A stretch of 40,000 bases of DNA from positions 1,609,277-1,649,276 of the forward strand of contig NZ_CP060395.1 of assembly GCF_015840335.1 (NCBI RefSeq), read 5' to 3'. The notes beneath the pieces are model-generated. The model had not been told where the DNA came from, did no database searches, and was given only the letters and a program-made list of their open reading frames with translations. A program made the position numbers and the translations under genes. Positions 26,866 through 35,249 of the stretch are shown here, one piece after another. Source of the stretch: Synechococcus sp. CBW1108. GTDB lineage: Bacteria > Cyanobacteriota > Cyanobacteriia > PCC-6307 > Cyanobiaceae. Numbering within the stretch: position 1 is the first letter of the stretch; every line of letters begins with the position of its first letter.

Positions 26866-28050
26866 ATGCCCCTATCCATCCGTCCCAAGGTCTATTCACT
26901 ACCGTCTTACAGCCTCACAGGGGATCTGCTGGGCTACCTTCGCTGTGGCCTTCAGTACCGTTACAGCAGACTGGGTAAACTGCCTCCATCCCGCCCAGTA
27001 CAGCAGTGGTTTGGTGAGTATATCCATGGGGTGCTTGAGGAAGCCTTTCGCCGGTTCAAGGAATCTATTGATAATGGATCTCCATCCCTACCTCCGTGGT
27101 CTCAAGATGAACTTCAAGACATTCAGGCACTGATCAAGAAGCGACTAGAAGCAAGAGGGCTGTATGCCTGGAATGGTGAGGTTGAGCGGCTTGGCTCACG
27201 CCGCGGAGAATCTGCAATTCAGGAGCTCGGGCCCCACCTATTCCCTCTCATCCATAGAGCAGAGGTGCGCCTGACTGGGGCCAGACTTCTTCCCGAGATA
27301 GACCCTCAATTCCAATTCAGAACGGCTGACCGCTACGAGGTGGTTGGTGTTGTCGATGTGGTCACTCATATTGAGATTGATGATCCCGCATTGGCGGGGA
27401 ATCCGATCGTTAGCTACCTAAATCAAGCTCTTGGGGAGGGGCTTCCTGACCAGTTTGAAATCATTGTTGATTACAAGGGTATGCGACGTCCGCCTGTGAG
27501 CTCAGCTGGTTCTGGCTCCTTATGGACGCAGTATCAGTGGCAGATCCAGACGTATGGTGAGCTCCGTCGTGTCCAGCCAGATGCCCTTCATGTTGCTGGA
27601 GGCGTCTTGCTCTATATCAATGAACTTTCGCCTACTAGAGGTGACCTGGAGCGTCTCAAGGCCGAAATCGCCAGCGGTACTACTGACGTGCCACCTCCGC
27701 CAGGTTCAGCGGATGAGTTTGCCATGAGGAATTGGAAGACCCGCGATAAAAGCCTACCTAAACTTTCCTTCGGCTATCGTCTCTTACGGGCACTTCGCGT
27801 CGTGCCGATTTCGCCACAATCAATCAAAGTAGCACTTGAAGCCTTTGACGGAGTGGTTCAGGAGATCGAGACTTGCCGAGGGAGAGAAGCCAATGGAGGC
27901 AGCGTGATCCAATCTTGGACAAGGAACTCAAACGAGGAGAGCACGTGTGTGGTGTGTGACTCCCGAACGTATTGCCCCAATTATCAGTCCCAATACTCCT
28001 CCAAGCATGGTGGCACTGAACCTCGACTACCAGGCGTAAAGGATACGTAA
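26866..28050 (+). CDS. PD-(D/E)xK nuclease, Cas4/RecB/AddB-like, with a 4-Cys (Fe-S type) arrangement
   Basis: VGVVDVV, IVDYKG (the D-x-K position) and QIQTYGEL (QxxxY). One N-terminal Cys (LRCGLQY) plus C-terminal CVVCDSRTYC, as in Cas4/AddB nuclease domains. Confidence 0.7.
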   Translation: MPLSIRPKVYSLPSYSLTGDLLGYLRCGLQYRYSRLGKLPPSRPVQQWFGEYIHGVLEEAFRRFKESIDNGSPSLPPWSQDELQDIQALIKKRLEARGLYAWNGEVERLGSRRGESAIQELGPHLFPLIHRAEVRLTGARLLPEIDPQFQFRTADRYEVVGVVDVVTHIEIDDPALAGNPIVSYLNQALGEGLPDQFEIIVDYKGMRRPPVSSAGSGSLWTQYQWQIQTYGELRRVQPDALHVAGGVLLYINELSPTRGDLERLKAEIASGTTDVPPPPGSADEFAMRNWKTRDKSLPKLSFGYRLLRALRVVPISPQSIKVALEAFDGVVQEIETCRGREANGGSVIQSWTRNSNEESTCVVCDSRTYCPNYQSQYSSKHGGTEPRLPGVKDT

Positions 28051-28067
28051 TCGATTGCACTTTACGC
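28034..28067. terminator. hairpin spanning both stop codons of the convergent genes
   Basis: gcgtaaag (28034-28041) pairs with ctttacgc (28060-28067) around an 18-nt loop. Only 11 nt separate the two stops. Confidence 0.3.
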
Positions 28068-28973
28068 TCCTACCAGTCCAGTATGAAAGTACATGCTTGA
28101 ACTAGAAAGTGGCATGCTTGTGCGACTTGCCGTGGCCAGATTGCACAGGGCCAGGTGCAGCCGCTCCAAGGGAGAAGGCTCGACGAGGGCCGAATTCTTG
28201 GCTCCCCAGAGCTTTCCATCAGCAGCAAGCTTGACGTAGGAGCTGGAATCGACGGACTGCACCCCCCGTTTATAAAGCTGTTCGACAATGTCCGGTTGTC
28301 CGATGCCGAACACGTGTAGTGGACGGTCTTCTATAGCCTCTCGCACCGCATCCACGATGGCGAACAGGTGCTCCCGATCAAGCATGCGAGGAACCAGGCC
28401 TCCGATCGCGTATCCGTCGAACTCATGTGGGGCAAGCGCTTTAGCGCAGGTCCGGTAACTGTCAACATCCCATCCCTGCACGCAGGCGTAAAGCACGAGA
28501 TCACGTCGACGACGGTTCTCGAGAGCCCAGAGTGCATTGGCGATGGTTAGAGCAAGCCTTCGCTTGGCTTCCCGATTGGCCATAGAGGGGGGGATCGGAA
28601 AGTCAAGAGTGAAGGCGATATCCGCGTGAGCCTCTTGGAACTCAAGCACCTCCTTGGGATGGAGTGTCTCCGTGCCCTCCTCAAACACCCGCTCGAGGAT
28701 GCCCAGTCCTCCTCGCATCCGCACTTTGGCGTCTTTGAAAAGAGACGCAAACCCACCCGAGTCGATCATTAGGGGCAGATTAGGCCGCTCCTTCATCTGT
28801 CTCGCGTAGTGAAGGCTTACCATCACTGCCGGTGCCAGACGACGAAGATAGGGCCGAACCAAGTCATCGAGCGGGTACTTGTCCCCGAATGTGGTCACTG
28901 GTACGTAGGCCGGAAACGGAACGCAACCGTGAGCTGTTTGGATCTGGGCAGGTGCTGAGGATTCGGTTCCCAT
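28062..28973 (-). CDS. dpdA: stand-alone TGT-family transglycosylase, DpdA-like (303 aa), lacking the C-terminal Zn motif
   Basis: MIDSGGFASLF (the DSGGFQ catalytic-Asp motif), FDGYAIGGLVP (GYAIGGL), PLHVFGIGQP...GVQSVDSSSY (the nucleophile-Asp position). No CxCxxC...H. The start lies 2 nt after the stop of the upstream helicase. Confidence 0.8.
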   Translation of the reverse strand: MGTESSAPAQIQTAHGCVPFPAYVPVTTFGDKYPLDDLVRPYLRRLAPAVMVSLHYARQMKERPNLPLMIDSGGFASLFKDAKVRMRGGLGILERVFEEGTETLHPKEVLEFQEAHADIAFTLDFPIPPSMANREAKRRLALTIANALWALENRRRRDLVLYACVQGWDVDSYRTCAKALAPHEFDGYAIGGLVPRMLDREHLFAIVDAVREAIEDRPLHVFGIGQPDIVEQLYKRGVQSVDSSSYVKLAADGKLWGAKNSALVEPSPLERLHLALCNLATASRTSMPLSSSSMYFHTGLVGA

Positions 28974-28975
28974 GT

Positions 28976-31378
28976 TCAGCGCCCCTCAAACCAAAGTTGG
29001 AAAACATCAAGTCCCTTTGTGGTGCCCGGAGTGCTTTGGAGCAGCTCGCGGAGCTCCAAGAGATCAGGTTCCTTTCTGTGGAGCCGCACCGCAAGCAGGT
29101 GCTTGCAGTGGTTCCCTTTGGCGAAGTCGGCACAGTCGCATTGAATTGGTCTTTCGGGATGAGCGACGATCCGGTGTGGTTCAAGACCTCCACTCACCTC
29201 GTACTGATACCTACGCCGAAGTGTGACCTTGAGCTCAAGCGATCTGCGGAACCGATAGGGATCAACGATTGAAGGCCAGTCAGCACATGACGACTCTACG
29301 TATTCTCCTGACCTCATTTCACGGAATGCGAAGGCCGAACGTGTCTTGATCATTTCAGTTGCCGCTTCAATCCATTTCTTGGCTCGCTCGAGGGATACCC
29401 CACGGACCATCGCCACTTCCTCGGGCTCGGCGATGCAGAGGTCATCAATACTGCTGATGCCCACCTCGTGGAGCCTCCGTGCCAGTGTGCCACCAACCCC
29501 GGGCAGAAAGGTGAGCGTGACGGCTTCCTCATCGATACCGTGAGCCACCATGCTTGTCAAGGCGCGCACACGCTCCTGCAGCGTTGCTTCCTCCTCAAGC
29601 GGGATGCGCTGCTTCTCCTCGTCTTCGCCATCCTTCGGTGGAGTGATAACCGCAGTGCCTGCCGTCAGAATGCGTTCCAGGTTTTCGGTCAGGCGTCGAA
29701 TCTCGAAGGTGTAGCAGCCATACTCCTTGGCGACTGACTCAGCATCTCCGCTTCGTGTCCATGCCCGGGCCACGAGTGCCGTCTTCACGCATGACAGCAA
29801 ACGACGCCCCTTGCATCGGAGATGGGCCGTCGTACCTGCTTTGTCTCTCGAAAGAAGCGCTGAAGGTTCTGCAGATAGTGCGCTTGCCAACATCTCGAGG
29901 TCTTCGAAACCGGCCGGGATCAACGGCTCGCAGTCAGGTGTGTCTGTACAGAGCAGAAGGAGATCAAACAGAGTCAACTGATCCCGATCTTCTCCCAACA
30001 AGGCTTCCGATAGCCGCAGCGCGGTGTCTGGGCTCAGCATCTGGCGAACGGCAATGCGTCCGAGCCGTGTTGCCCGCAGCGTGAGCTTGTCTCCCCCCTC
30101 GTTTGGGGTCTCGATGAGCATCTGCGAGTTCAGCATCTTGTCAATCACAAGGCTGATCTTTGGAAGAGCCCTTTGATGATGAGCCAGGCTCCCAGTGAAG
30201 ACCCGATCTAGCTGGATGCGGGTCCGTGCCATCCCACTGGCCACTTCGGAGAGAATCTGCTCAGCGACGGCAGCCTCATGTCGCAGCCCTGACATGATCC
30301 GCTCAAACATTCCAGCCAGGTAGCGGCCTGTTTTCTGGCCCCAGCTCGGAGCAAGGAGCACCACCTCCCCTTGCTCGTCGAATCCTCGACGACCCGCCCG
30401 ACCTGCACGCTGCCAAACAGTGTTCACGTCCAACGGGACAAAGTCGTGTCCGTCAAACCCCTGGAGGTCGTACAGCACAACCTGCCTTGCTGGAAGGTTG
30501 AGACCCATTTCCAGAGTGCTTGTAGCGACGAGCACCTGCAGGCATTTTGCCCGGAAGCGTCCCTCGACCTCATGCCTCACGTCGGTTTGCAGACCAGCAT
30601 GGTGGTGTCTTGCATTCAGCCCCCCTTGACGCAGGTGTTCCGAAAGCTGTTCAGCTCGCCGGCGGCTCTGCACGAACACAAGGCTCTGTCCACCAGCCGC
30701 TACGCATTGACGTACCTGCTCCTCGAGGAGCCCCGGCTTGTCGGTGGCCTTCTGAAAGCTGACAACCTTCCATTCCAGGGGCAATGGTCGCCAGTCATTC
30801 CGATAGCTGACTCCCCCAAGCCAGTCAGCCAGCTCATCAGCATTGCCCAAGGTGGCAGACAGACCCACGATGCGCGCATGGGGGTTCAATCGACGGATAC
30901 GAGACAGCGCGCCCTCAAGCCGTGCACCACGGCTCGGATCCCCGAGCAGGTGGAACTCATCGGCCACGATCAGGTCAACTGCGGGGATCCAGGCCCAATG
31001 ACTCCTCCAGTGGCGCGTGCAAGCGTCCAGCCGTTCCGGGGTCATGATCAGCACGCTGGCGCGCTCAAAGGGGACCGGATACCGCTGCCTCCCTCCGTAC
31101 TCCCCTGTAAACACACCGATCTCATGCCCGGAGAAGCTCCGCTTCCATCGTTCGACAAGCTCATTGGCCAAGGCTCGAAGGGGGGTGAGGTAGATGGCAC
31201 GTCCACCCCGCTCGATGGTTTCGGCGATCGCCCTCTCGGCGAGCCAGGTTTTGCCGGTCCCAGTAGGAAGCTGAAGCACGCAGCTGAATCCGCTGCCGAG
31301 CAGATCCCTGTCTACGACTTCCTGCTGGGCCGGATTCAGGCGGGCCGCTGGTTCCGAGATCATCGCAGTCCTTCGCAT
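28976..31378 (-). CDS. Hel308/Ski2-like SF2 helicase with C-terminal HhH and SWIM zinc finger
   Basis: LQLPTGTGKT (motif I), VADEFH (motif II), LSATLGN, VATSTLEMGLNLP and QRAGRAGRRG (motif VI). HhH: LPGVGGTLARRLHEVGISSIDDL. SWIM: CDCADFAKGNHCKH. Start set at the ATG MRRTAMISEP (cat at 31376-31378), because the longer ORF to 31606 overlaps the divergent HTH gene. Confidence 0.8.
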   Translation of the reverse strand: MRRTAMISEPAARLNPAQQEVVDRDLLGSGFSCVLQLPTGTGKTWLAERAIAETIERGGRAIYLTPLRALANELVERWKRSFSGHEIGVFTGEYGGRQRYPVPFERASVLIMTPERLDACTRHWRSHWAWIPAVDLIVADEFHLLGDPSRGARLEGALSRIRRLNPHARIVGLSATLGNADELADWLGGVSYRNDWRPLPLEWKVVSFQKATDKPGLLEEQVRQCVAAGGQSLVFVQSRRRAEQLSEHLRQGGLNARHHHAGLQTDVRHEVEGRFRAKCLQVLVATSTLEMGLNLPARQVVLYDLQGFDGHDFVPLDVNTVWQRAGRAGRRGFDEQGEVVLLAPSWGQKTGRYLAGMFERIMSGLRHEAAVAEQILSEVASGMARTRIQLDRVFTGSLAHHQRALPKISLVIDKMLNSQMLIETPNEGGDKLTLRATRLGRIAVRQMLSPDTALRLSEALLGEDRDQLTLFDLLLLCTDTPDCEPLIPAGFEDLEMLASALSAEPSALLSRDKAGTTAHLRCKGRRLLSCVKTALVARAWTRSGDAESVAKEYGCYTFEIRRLTENLERILTAGTAVITPPKDGEDEEKQRIPLEEEATLQERVRALTSMVAHGIDEEAVTLTFLPGVGGTLARRLHEVGISSIDDLCIAEPEEVAMVRGVSLERAKKWIEAATEMIKTRSAFAFREMRSGEYVESSCADWPSIVDPYRFRRSLELKVTLRRRYQYEVSGGLEPHRIVAHPERPIQCDCADFAKGNHCKHLLAVRLHRKEPDLLELRELLQSTPGTTKGLDVFQLWFEGR

Positions 31379-31414
31379 CGAACGCCTCTCAATCCGACTG
31401 ACCACTAGCCTAGT

Positions 31415-32050
31415 ATGCGTGAGCCGGCTGGACGCCAAGGAAGTGCCAATAAACATGGCGTGGAACGCGCCGAGAGCGGTTTGCTCTCCCGGAACACCCG
31501 CTTCCTGCTGTGGAAGCAGGAGATTCCACGAGATCAGTGGGGCACCTGGCTGGAGGCCCGGCTCAGTTGGTCGGCCACTCGAATCAAGCAGCTCGTGCGG
31601 GGTCAACTTGACGACAGCCGACTTGGGTACGAGGAAGTCAGCGAACTCTCAGGCCTGTTCAGGATGAACGCTGACGAACAGGAGCTCCGCTACCGGGATT
31701 TGGTCACGGAACGCTGCGACATCCTTCGTGAAAATCTGACGTTTCTGTTCGACAGCCTGGAGCGAGGTGGCAAGAAGCTGCTGGCCGAAGCTCTCAGTAT
31801 TGATCCCACCACTGTGTCCCGTTGGCTCAACGGGTCTTTTGCGCCGAACAATCTCACGCTTGCCTCGCTAAGCAATTACTTCGGGCTCCCCCCTGGTACG
31901 GATCTAACTAAGGATCCCATTTTTCTTTCTGTTGATCCAGTCGCCGAAGCAGAGCAGCGCCAGTGGGTGGCCAACCATCTGAAGGAACTCTCAGCAGAGG
32001 AGTTTCGTTTGCTCTATCCCGCCTTCCGCCGGCTCCTTGAAGACCGATGA
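31415..32050 (+). CDS. XRE-type helix-turn-helix regulator (two HTH-like segments)
   Basis: LLAEALSIDPTTVSRWLNGSFAPN is a classic XRE HTH. N-terminal NTRFLLWKQEIPRDQWGTWLEARLSWSATRIKQLVRG looks like a second one. The stop overlaps the next gene's ATG (ATGA at 32047). The start is ATG 31415 or GTG 31457. Confidence 0.65.
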   Translation: MREPAGRQGSANKHGVERAESGLLSRNTRFLLWKQEIPRDQWGTWLEARLSWSATRIKQLVRGQLDDSRLGYEEVSELSGLFRMNADEQELRYRDLVTERCDILRENLTFLFDSLERGGKKLLAEALSIDPTTVSRWLNGSFAPNNLTLASLSNYFGLPPGTDLTKDPIFLSVDPVAEAEQRQWVANHLKELSAEEFRLLYPAFRRLLEDR

Positions 32051-34386
32051 AGCGTTTCAGTGCTGGAACCACAGGCGAAGCTCCAGCGGCGACTTTGGCC
32101 TCCGCGAAGAGGTTACGAGTCTCATGCAAATGGAAATCAGTGATTGATGTTTGTACGAAGGGGAATCCGCTTCGCCCTGTTCAGGCCAAAGCCCTTCTTG
32201 AGTACCGGATGCTGGATAGCCGGCGTCACATGGTCGTCTGTGCTCCGACGAACAGTGGGAAGTCATTGATCGGTAATCTCGCGTTGTTTGAGGCACTCCT
32301 GGCGGGCAAGCGTGCCGTACTCCTCGAGCCTCTGCGCTCTCTTGCCCAAGAGAAAGCCGATGAACTCGCTGAGCTTCTTGTCCCATTGAGCACTTCCCTT
32401 GGGAAAGTCAACCTATGTCTGACAACAGGGGATTACAGGCTTGAAAACTCCACCTTCCAAGATACCGCCCCTGATCGTGGCGAATTGGTCATCGCCACTC
32501 CTGAACGGTTCGAGGCCATTCTTCGTAATCCAGCCAACCATCCTTGGGTGGACTCCATTGGCTGTGTCGTTGTCGACGAGGCGCACCTAATCGGGTCCCC
32601 TCGGCGTGGCCCAACGCTTGAGTTATTAATTGCGACTCTTCTGAGCTCGACGTTACCACCCCGTCTCGTTCTGTTGACGGCTACAGCTGGCCAACCTGAA
32701 CGCTTAAGTGAGTGGCTCTCGCCATGTGATCTTGTTCAAGAACATTGTCGAACACCTCCGCTCAGCACTGAAGTGTGGAGCCTGGACGAGGCTGACGATG
32801 TAGATACGGTTCTGGCACAGTCGATTTCTAAGACGCTAAGCGATCCCTGTGCTTCTGTGCTCATTTTCGTCTTTAAGCGAGCATCAGCGAACGCCTTGGC
32901 TGTGTTTTTGCAGAAATCCCTCGGTATTCCTGCCGGTGCATATCACTCTGGGATGACGGCAGAGCAACGTCGGGAGGTACGCCATCGTTTTTCAGATGGC
33001 CGACTCCGCTGCGTTGTGACAACGTCTGCGTTAGCGATGGGCGTGAATCTCCCCGCAACCCACGTCTACGTTCGAGACACCACATTCTTTGGTCATGGCG
33101 CCCTTGGCGCGGACGAAGTCCTTCAGATGGTTGGGCGTGCTGGCCGCGGTGATCGTGCTGGGCATGCGGTAGTGCTGCTTCGTGCCAGTGATACCTGGAC
33201 AGGCCTGGAGCTTGCGAACGCTCTGCGAACACAAGATCTTCCACGCTTACGGTCTGCCTTTGACCCTGTTTTCACCAAGCGCTCTGTGCCAGGTCACGAG
33301 GACGACTCTGGTGTAGCAGCACAAGCTATTGCCTCTTGCCTGAGCCGATGTGGAGAGAAGGGTCTCAGTTTGGCTGATCTCAACATCATCCTTGGCAACT
33401 CCTTGGCAGGACCTGCCCTCACCCGTCGAATAGAGCCTGCCCTTCGCTGGTTAGAAGATCCTGCTCGTGTCCTGGCGTACTGCGGTGAGGACCAGAATCA
33501 CCACCTGACAGTGCTCGGTCTTCGTGGCGTTCGCTCAGTGCTACCCCTGGGATACGTTGCAGGCCTGGGCCAGCTTGTACGCGACTTGATGTGGTTGGAT
33601 CCAACTGATCGAATGCTGTCCCAGTGGTCAGCCCTCGATCATCTGCTGGTGATGACTTTGCTCAGTGACAGAACACCTTGCCTGCGCCGCTTCAGTTCCA
33701 AGCTGGCCGAGCAGATTGACGGATGGCATGAGAGCCGGATCCACCTTGATAAGTCACTCTTGTTCCGTGAGTGGATTTGTGGAGCTGAAGGCTCATCAAG
33801 ACCTGATGAGCTCTTTGGATCCCTCGGCCTCTGTTCGAACCACCGAGAAAACTTGGCTTCTTCACACCATAAGAACGCATACCTCGCGATGCTTGGTGCG
33901 ATTCTGTTGGACGAAAGGTCTCGCGGTGTCCCAGTTATTGATCTAGAGCGAAGATGGGGGATTGCGGGGCTTGAGGGCATGCAGGAGTCTTGGAGAGACA
34001 CAGCGTTATGGCTTCTTGCGGGTCAGGCGCAGATTTTTGAGCTCCGAACCTTCTACCATCACCTCGTTGAGCATTGCGAAGCCGACCGCGAGCGTATTCA
34101 GCGAGTGAAGAAACAGCTGCGAATCATTCGCCATCAAACCTTCGATTTGATGGAACGGATTAAGTATTGCTCTGCACTCGGGCCTCTGATGCGTGGCGTG
34201 CGAGGCATGCTCAGCTCAAGCACTTCCCAATCAGTGGGGCCTGGCACCATCAAGAGGCTTGAAGAAGCTGGCATCCTCACCTTCGCTGACGTCGCTGCTC
34301 TCGATGTCGAAGCGATGGTGGATCTTGGAGTTCAACGCCGCTACGCAAAACAAATCCGTGCCTATGTACGACGACGTCTCAGATAA
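32047..34386 (+). CDS. Hel308/Ski2-like SF2 helicase (second copy, no SWIM)
   Basis: CAPTNSGKS (motif I), VVDEAH (motif II), LTATAG, TTSALAMGVNLP and QMVGRAGRG (motif VI). C-terminal HhH-like VGPGTIKRLEEAGILTFADV. Confidence 0.8.
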   Translation: MKRFSAGTTGEAPAATLASAKRLRVSCKWKSVIDVCTKGNPLRPVQAKALLEYRMLDSRRHMVVCAPTNSGKSLIGNLALFEALLAGKRAVLLEPLRSLAQEKADELAELLVPLSTSLGKVNLCLTTGDYRLENSTFQDTAPDRGELVIATPERFEAILRNPANHPWVDSIGCVVVDEAHLIGSPRRGPTLELLIATLLSSTLPPRLVLLTATAGQPERLSEWLSPCDLVQEHCRTPPLSTEVWSLDEADDVDTVLAQSISKTLSDPCASVLIFVFKRASANALAVFLQKSLGIPAGAYHSGMTAEQRREVRHRFSDGRLRCVVTTSALAMGVNLPATHVYVRDTTFFGHGALGADEVLQMVGRAGRGDRAGHAVVLLRASDTWTGLELANALRTQDLPRLRSAFDPVFTKRSVPGHEDDSGVAAQAIASCLSRCGEKGLSLADLNIILGNSLAGPALTRRIEPALRWLEDPARVLAYCGEDQNHHLTVLGLRGVRSVLPLGYVAGLGQLVRDLMWLDPTDRMLSQWSALDHLLVMTLLSDRTPCLRRFSSKLAEQIDGWHESRIHLDKSLLFREWICGAEGSSRPDELFGSLGLCSNHRENLASSHHKNAYLAMLGAILLDERSRGVPVIDLERRWGIAGLEGMQESWRDTALWLLAGQAQIFELRTFYHHLVEHCEADRERIQRVKKQLRIIRHQTFDLMERIKYCSALGPLMRGVRGMLSSSTSQSVGPGTIKRLEEAGILTFADVAALDVEAMVDLGVQRRYAKQIRAYVRRRLR

Positions 34387-34441
34387 TCATTGTCTCGCTG
34401 ACAGTTCGGAATACACCCTTCTCTCAGATACAGAAGTTAGG

Positions 34442-35122
34442 TCAGGTTCCGCTGCTGGTCAGATCGGGGCGACCAGCTTCCCGTAGGGCCTCATCGCGGA
34501 TACGGCAGCTGTCGCAGACACCACATGGATGGTCGCCACCCGCATAGCAGCTCCAGGTGCGTTCGGTCGGCACCCCAAGCCGCAATGCCTCTTGCACGAT
34601 TCGGGCCTTGTTCCATTGCACCAATGGAGCCCATAGCAGGGGAGCTCTTCCTTCCCTCCCTGCCTTGCTCGCCAGTTGGGCAAGCTCCTGGTATGCCTTC
34701 AAGTAGTCCGGACGACAGTCCGGATACCCCGAATAGTCGACTGCGTTGAAGCCCAGGATGATCCGCTCAGCACCTCGGGCCTCAGCAAGGCTGAGAGCAA
34801 GCGCAATGAACACCGTATTGCGGCCAGGGACGTAGGTACTGGGGATACCTCCGCCGAGTACCCCTTCAGCAGGCAGTGACTGCTTCAAATCGGTCAGGGA
34901 GGAGCCACCCCATGCGGAGAGGTCCACCGAGATGGTGACATGTTCAACGAGCTCAAGCGCGTTGGCCAACTCGGCAGCGGCTTTGAGCTCACGCCGATGT
35001 CGCTGCCCGTAGTCGAAGGAGAGCCCGATCACACTCAGCCCTTCCTCGCAGGCCAGTGCAGCCGCAGTTGCGGAGTCAAGCCCACCGGAGAACAGGGCAA
35101 TGGCTTTGGGCTTGTCAAGCAT
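34442..35122 (-). CDS. queC: 7-cyano-7-deazaguanine (preQ0) synthase QueC
   Basis: [15 protein letters not shown] (PP-loop SGGxDS), [13 protein letters not shown], and the C-terminal Zn cysteines WSCY...CGVCDSC. ATG at cat 35120-35122 (the ORF-track start at 35146 is GTG). Confidence 0.9.
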   Translation of the reverse strand: MLDKPKAIALFSGGLDSATAAALACEEGLSVIGLSFDYGQRHRRELKAAAELANALELVEHVTISVDLSAWGGSSLTDLKQSLPAEGVLGGGIPSTYVPGRNTVFIALALSLAEARGAERIILGFNAVDYSGYPDCRPDYLKAYQELAQLASKAGREGRAPLLWAPLVQWNKARIVQEALRLGVPTERTWSCYAGGDHPCGVCDSCRIRDEALREAGRPDLTSSGT

Positions 35123-35249
35123 TCTTCCGCGCTTGCCTGTGACCACGCCCCATCATCGCGTGGCGACCCGCTCGATTGCACACAATTCCAGGCCTTTTGG
35201 TGCTTGGTTGCCCGCAAAAGTTCAAAGTGAACGTTCTGTGTCTATGCGT

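Noticed and set aside
31379-31606. The N-terminal extension of the Hel308-SWIM helicase ORF (876 aa version).
   Set aside because: It would overlap the divergent HTH gene by about 190 nt. The helicase motifs start just after the internal ATG at 31378 (MRRTAMISEP...NPAQQEVV).
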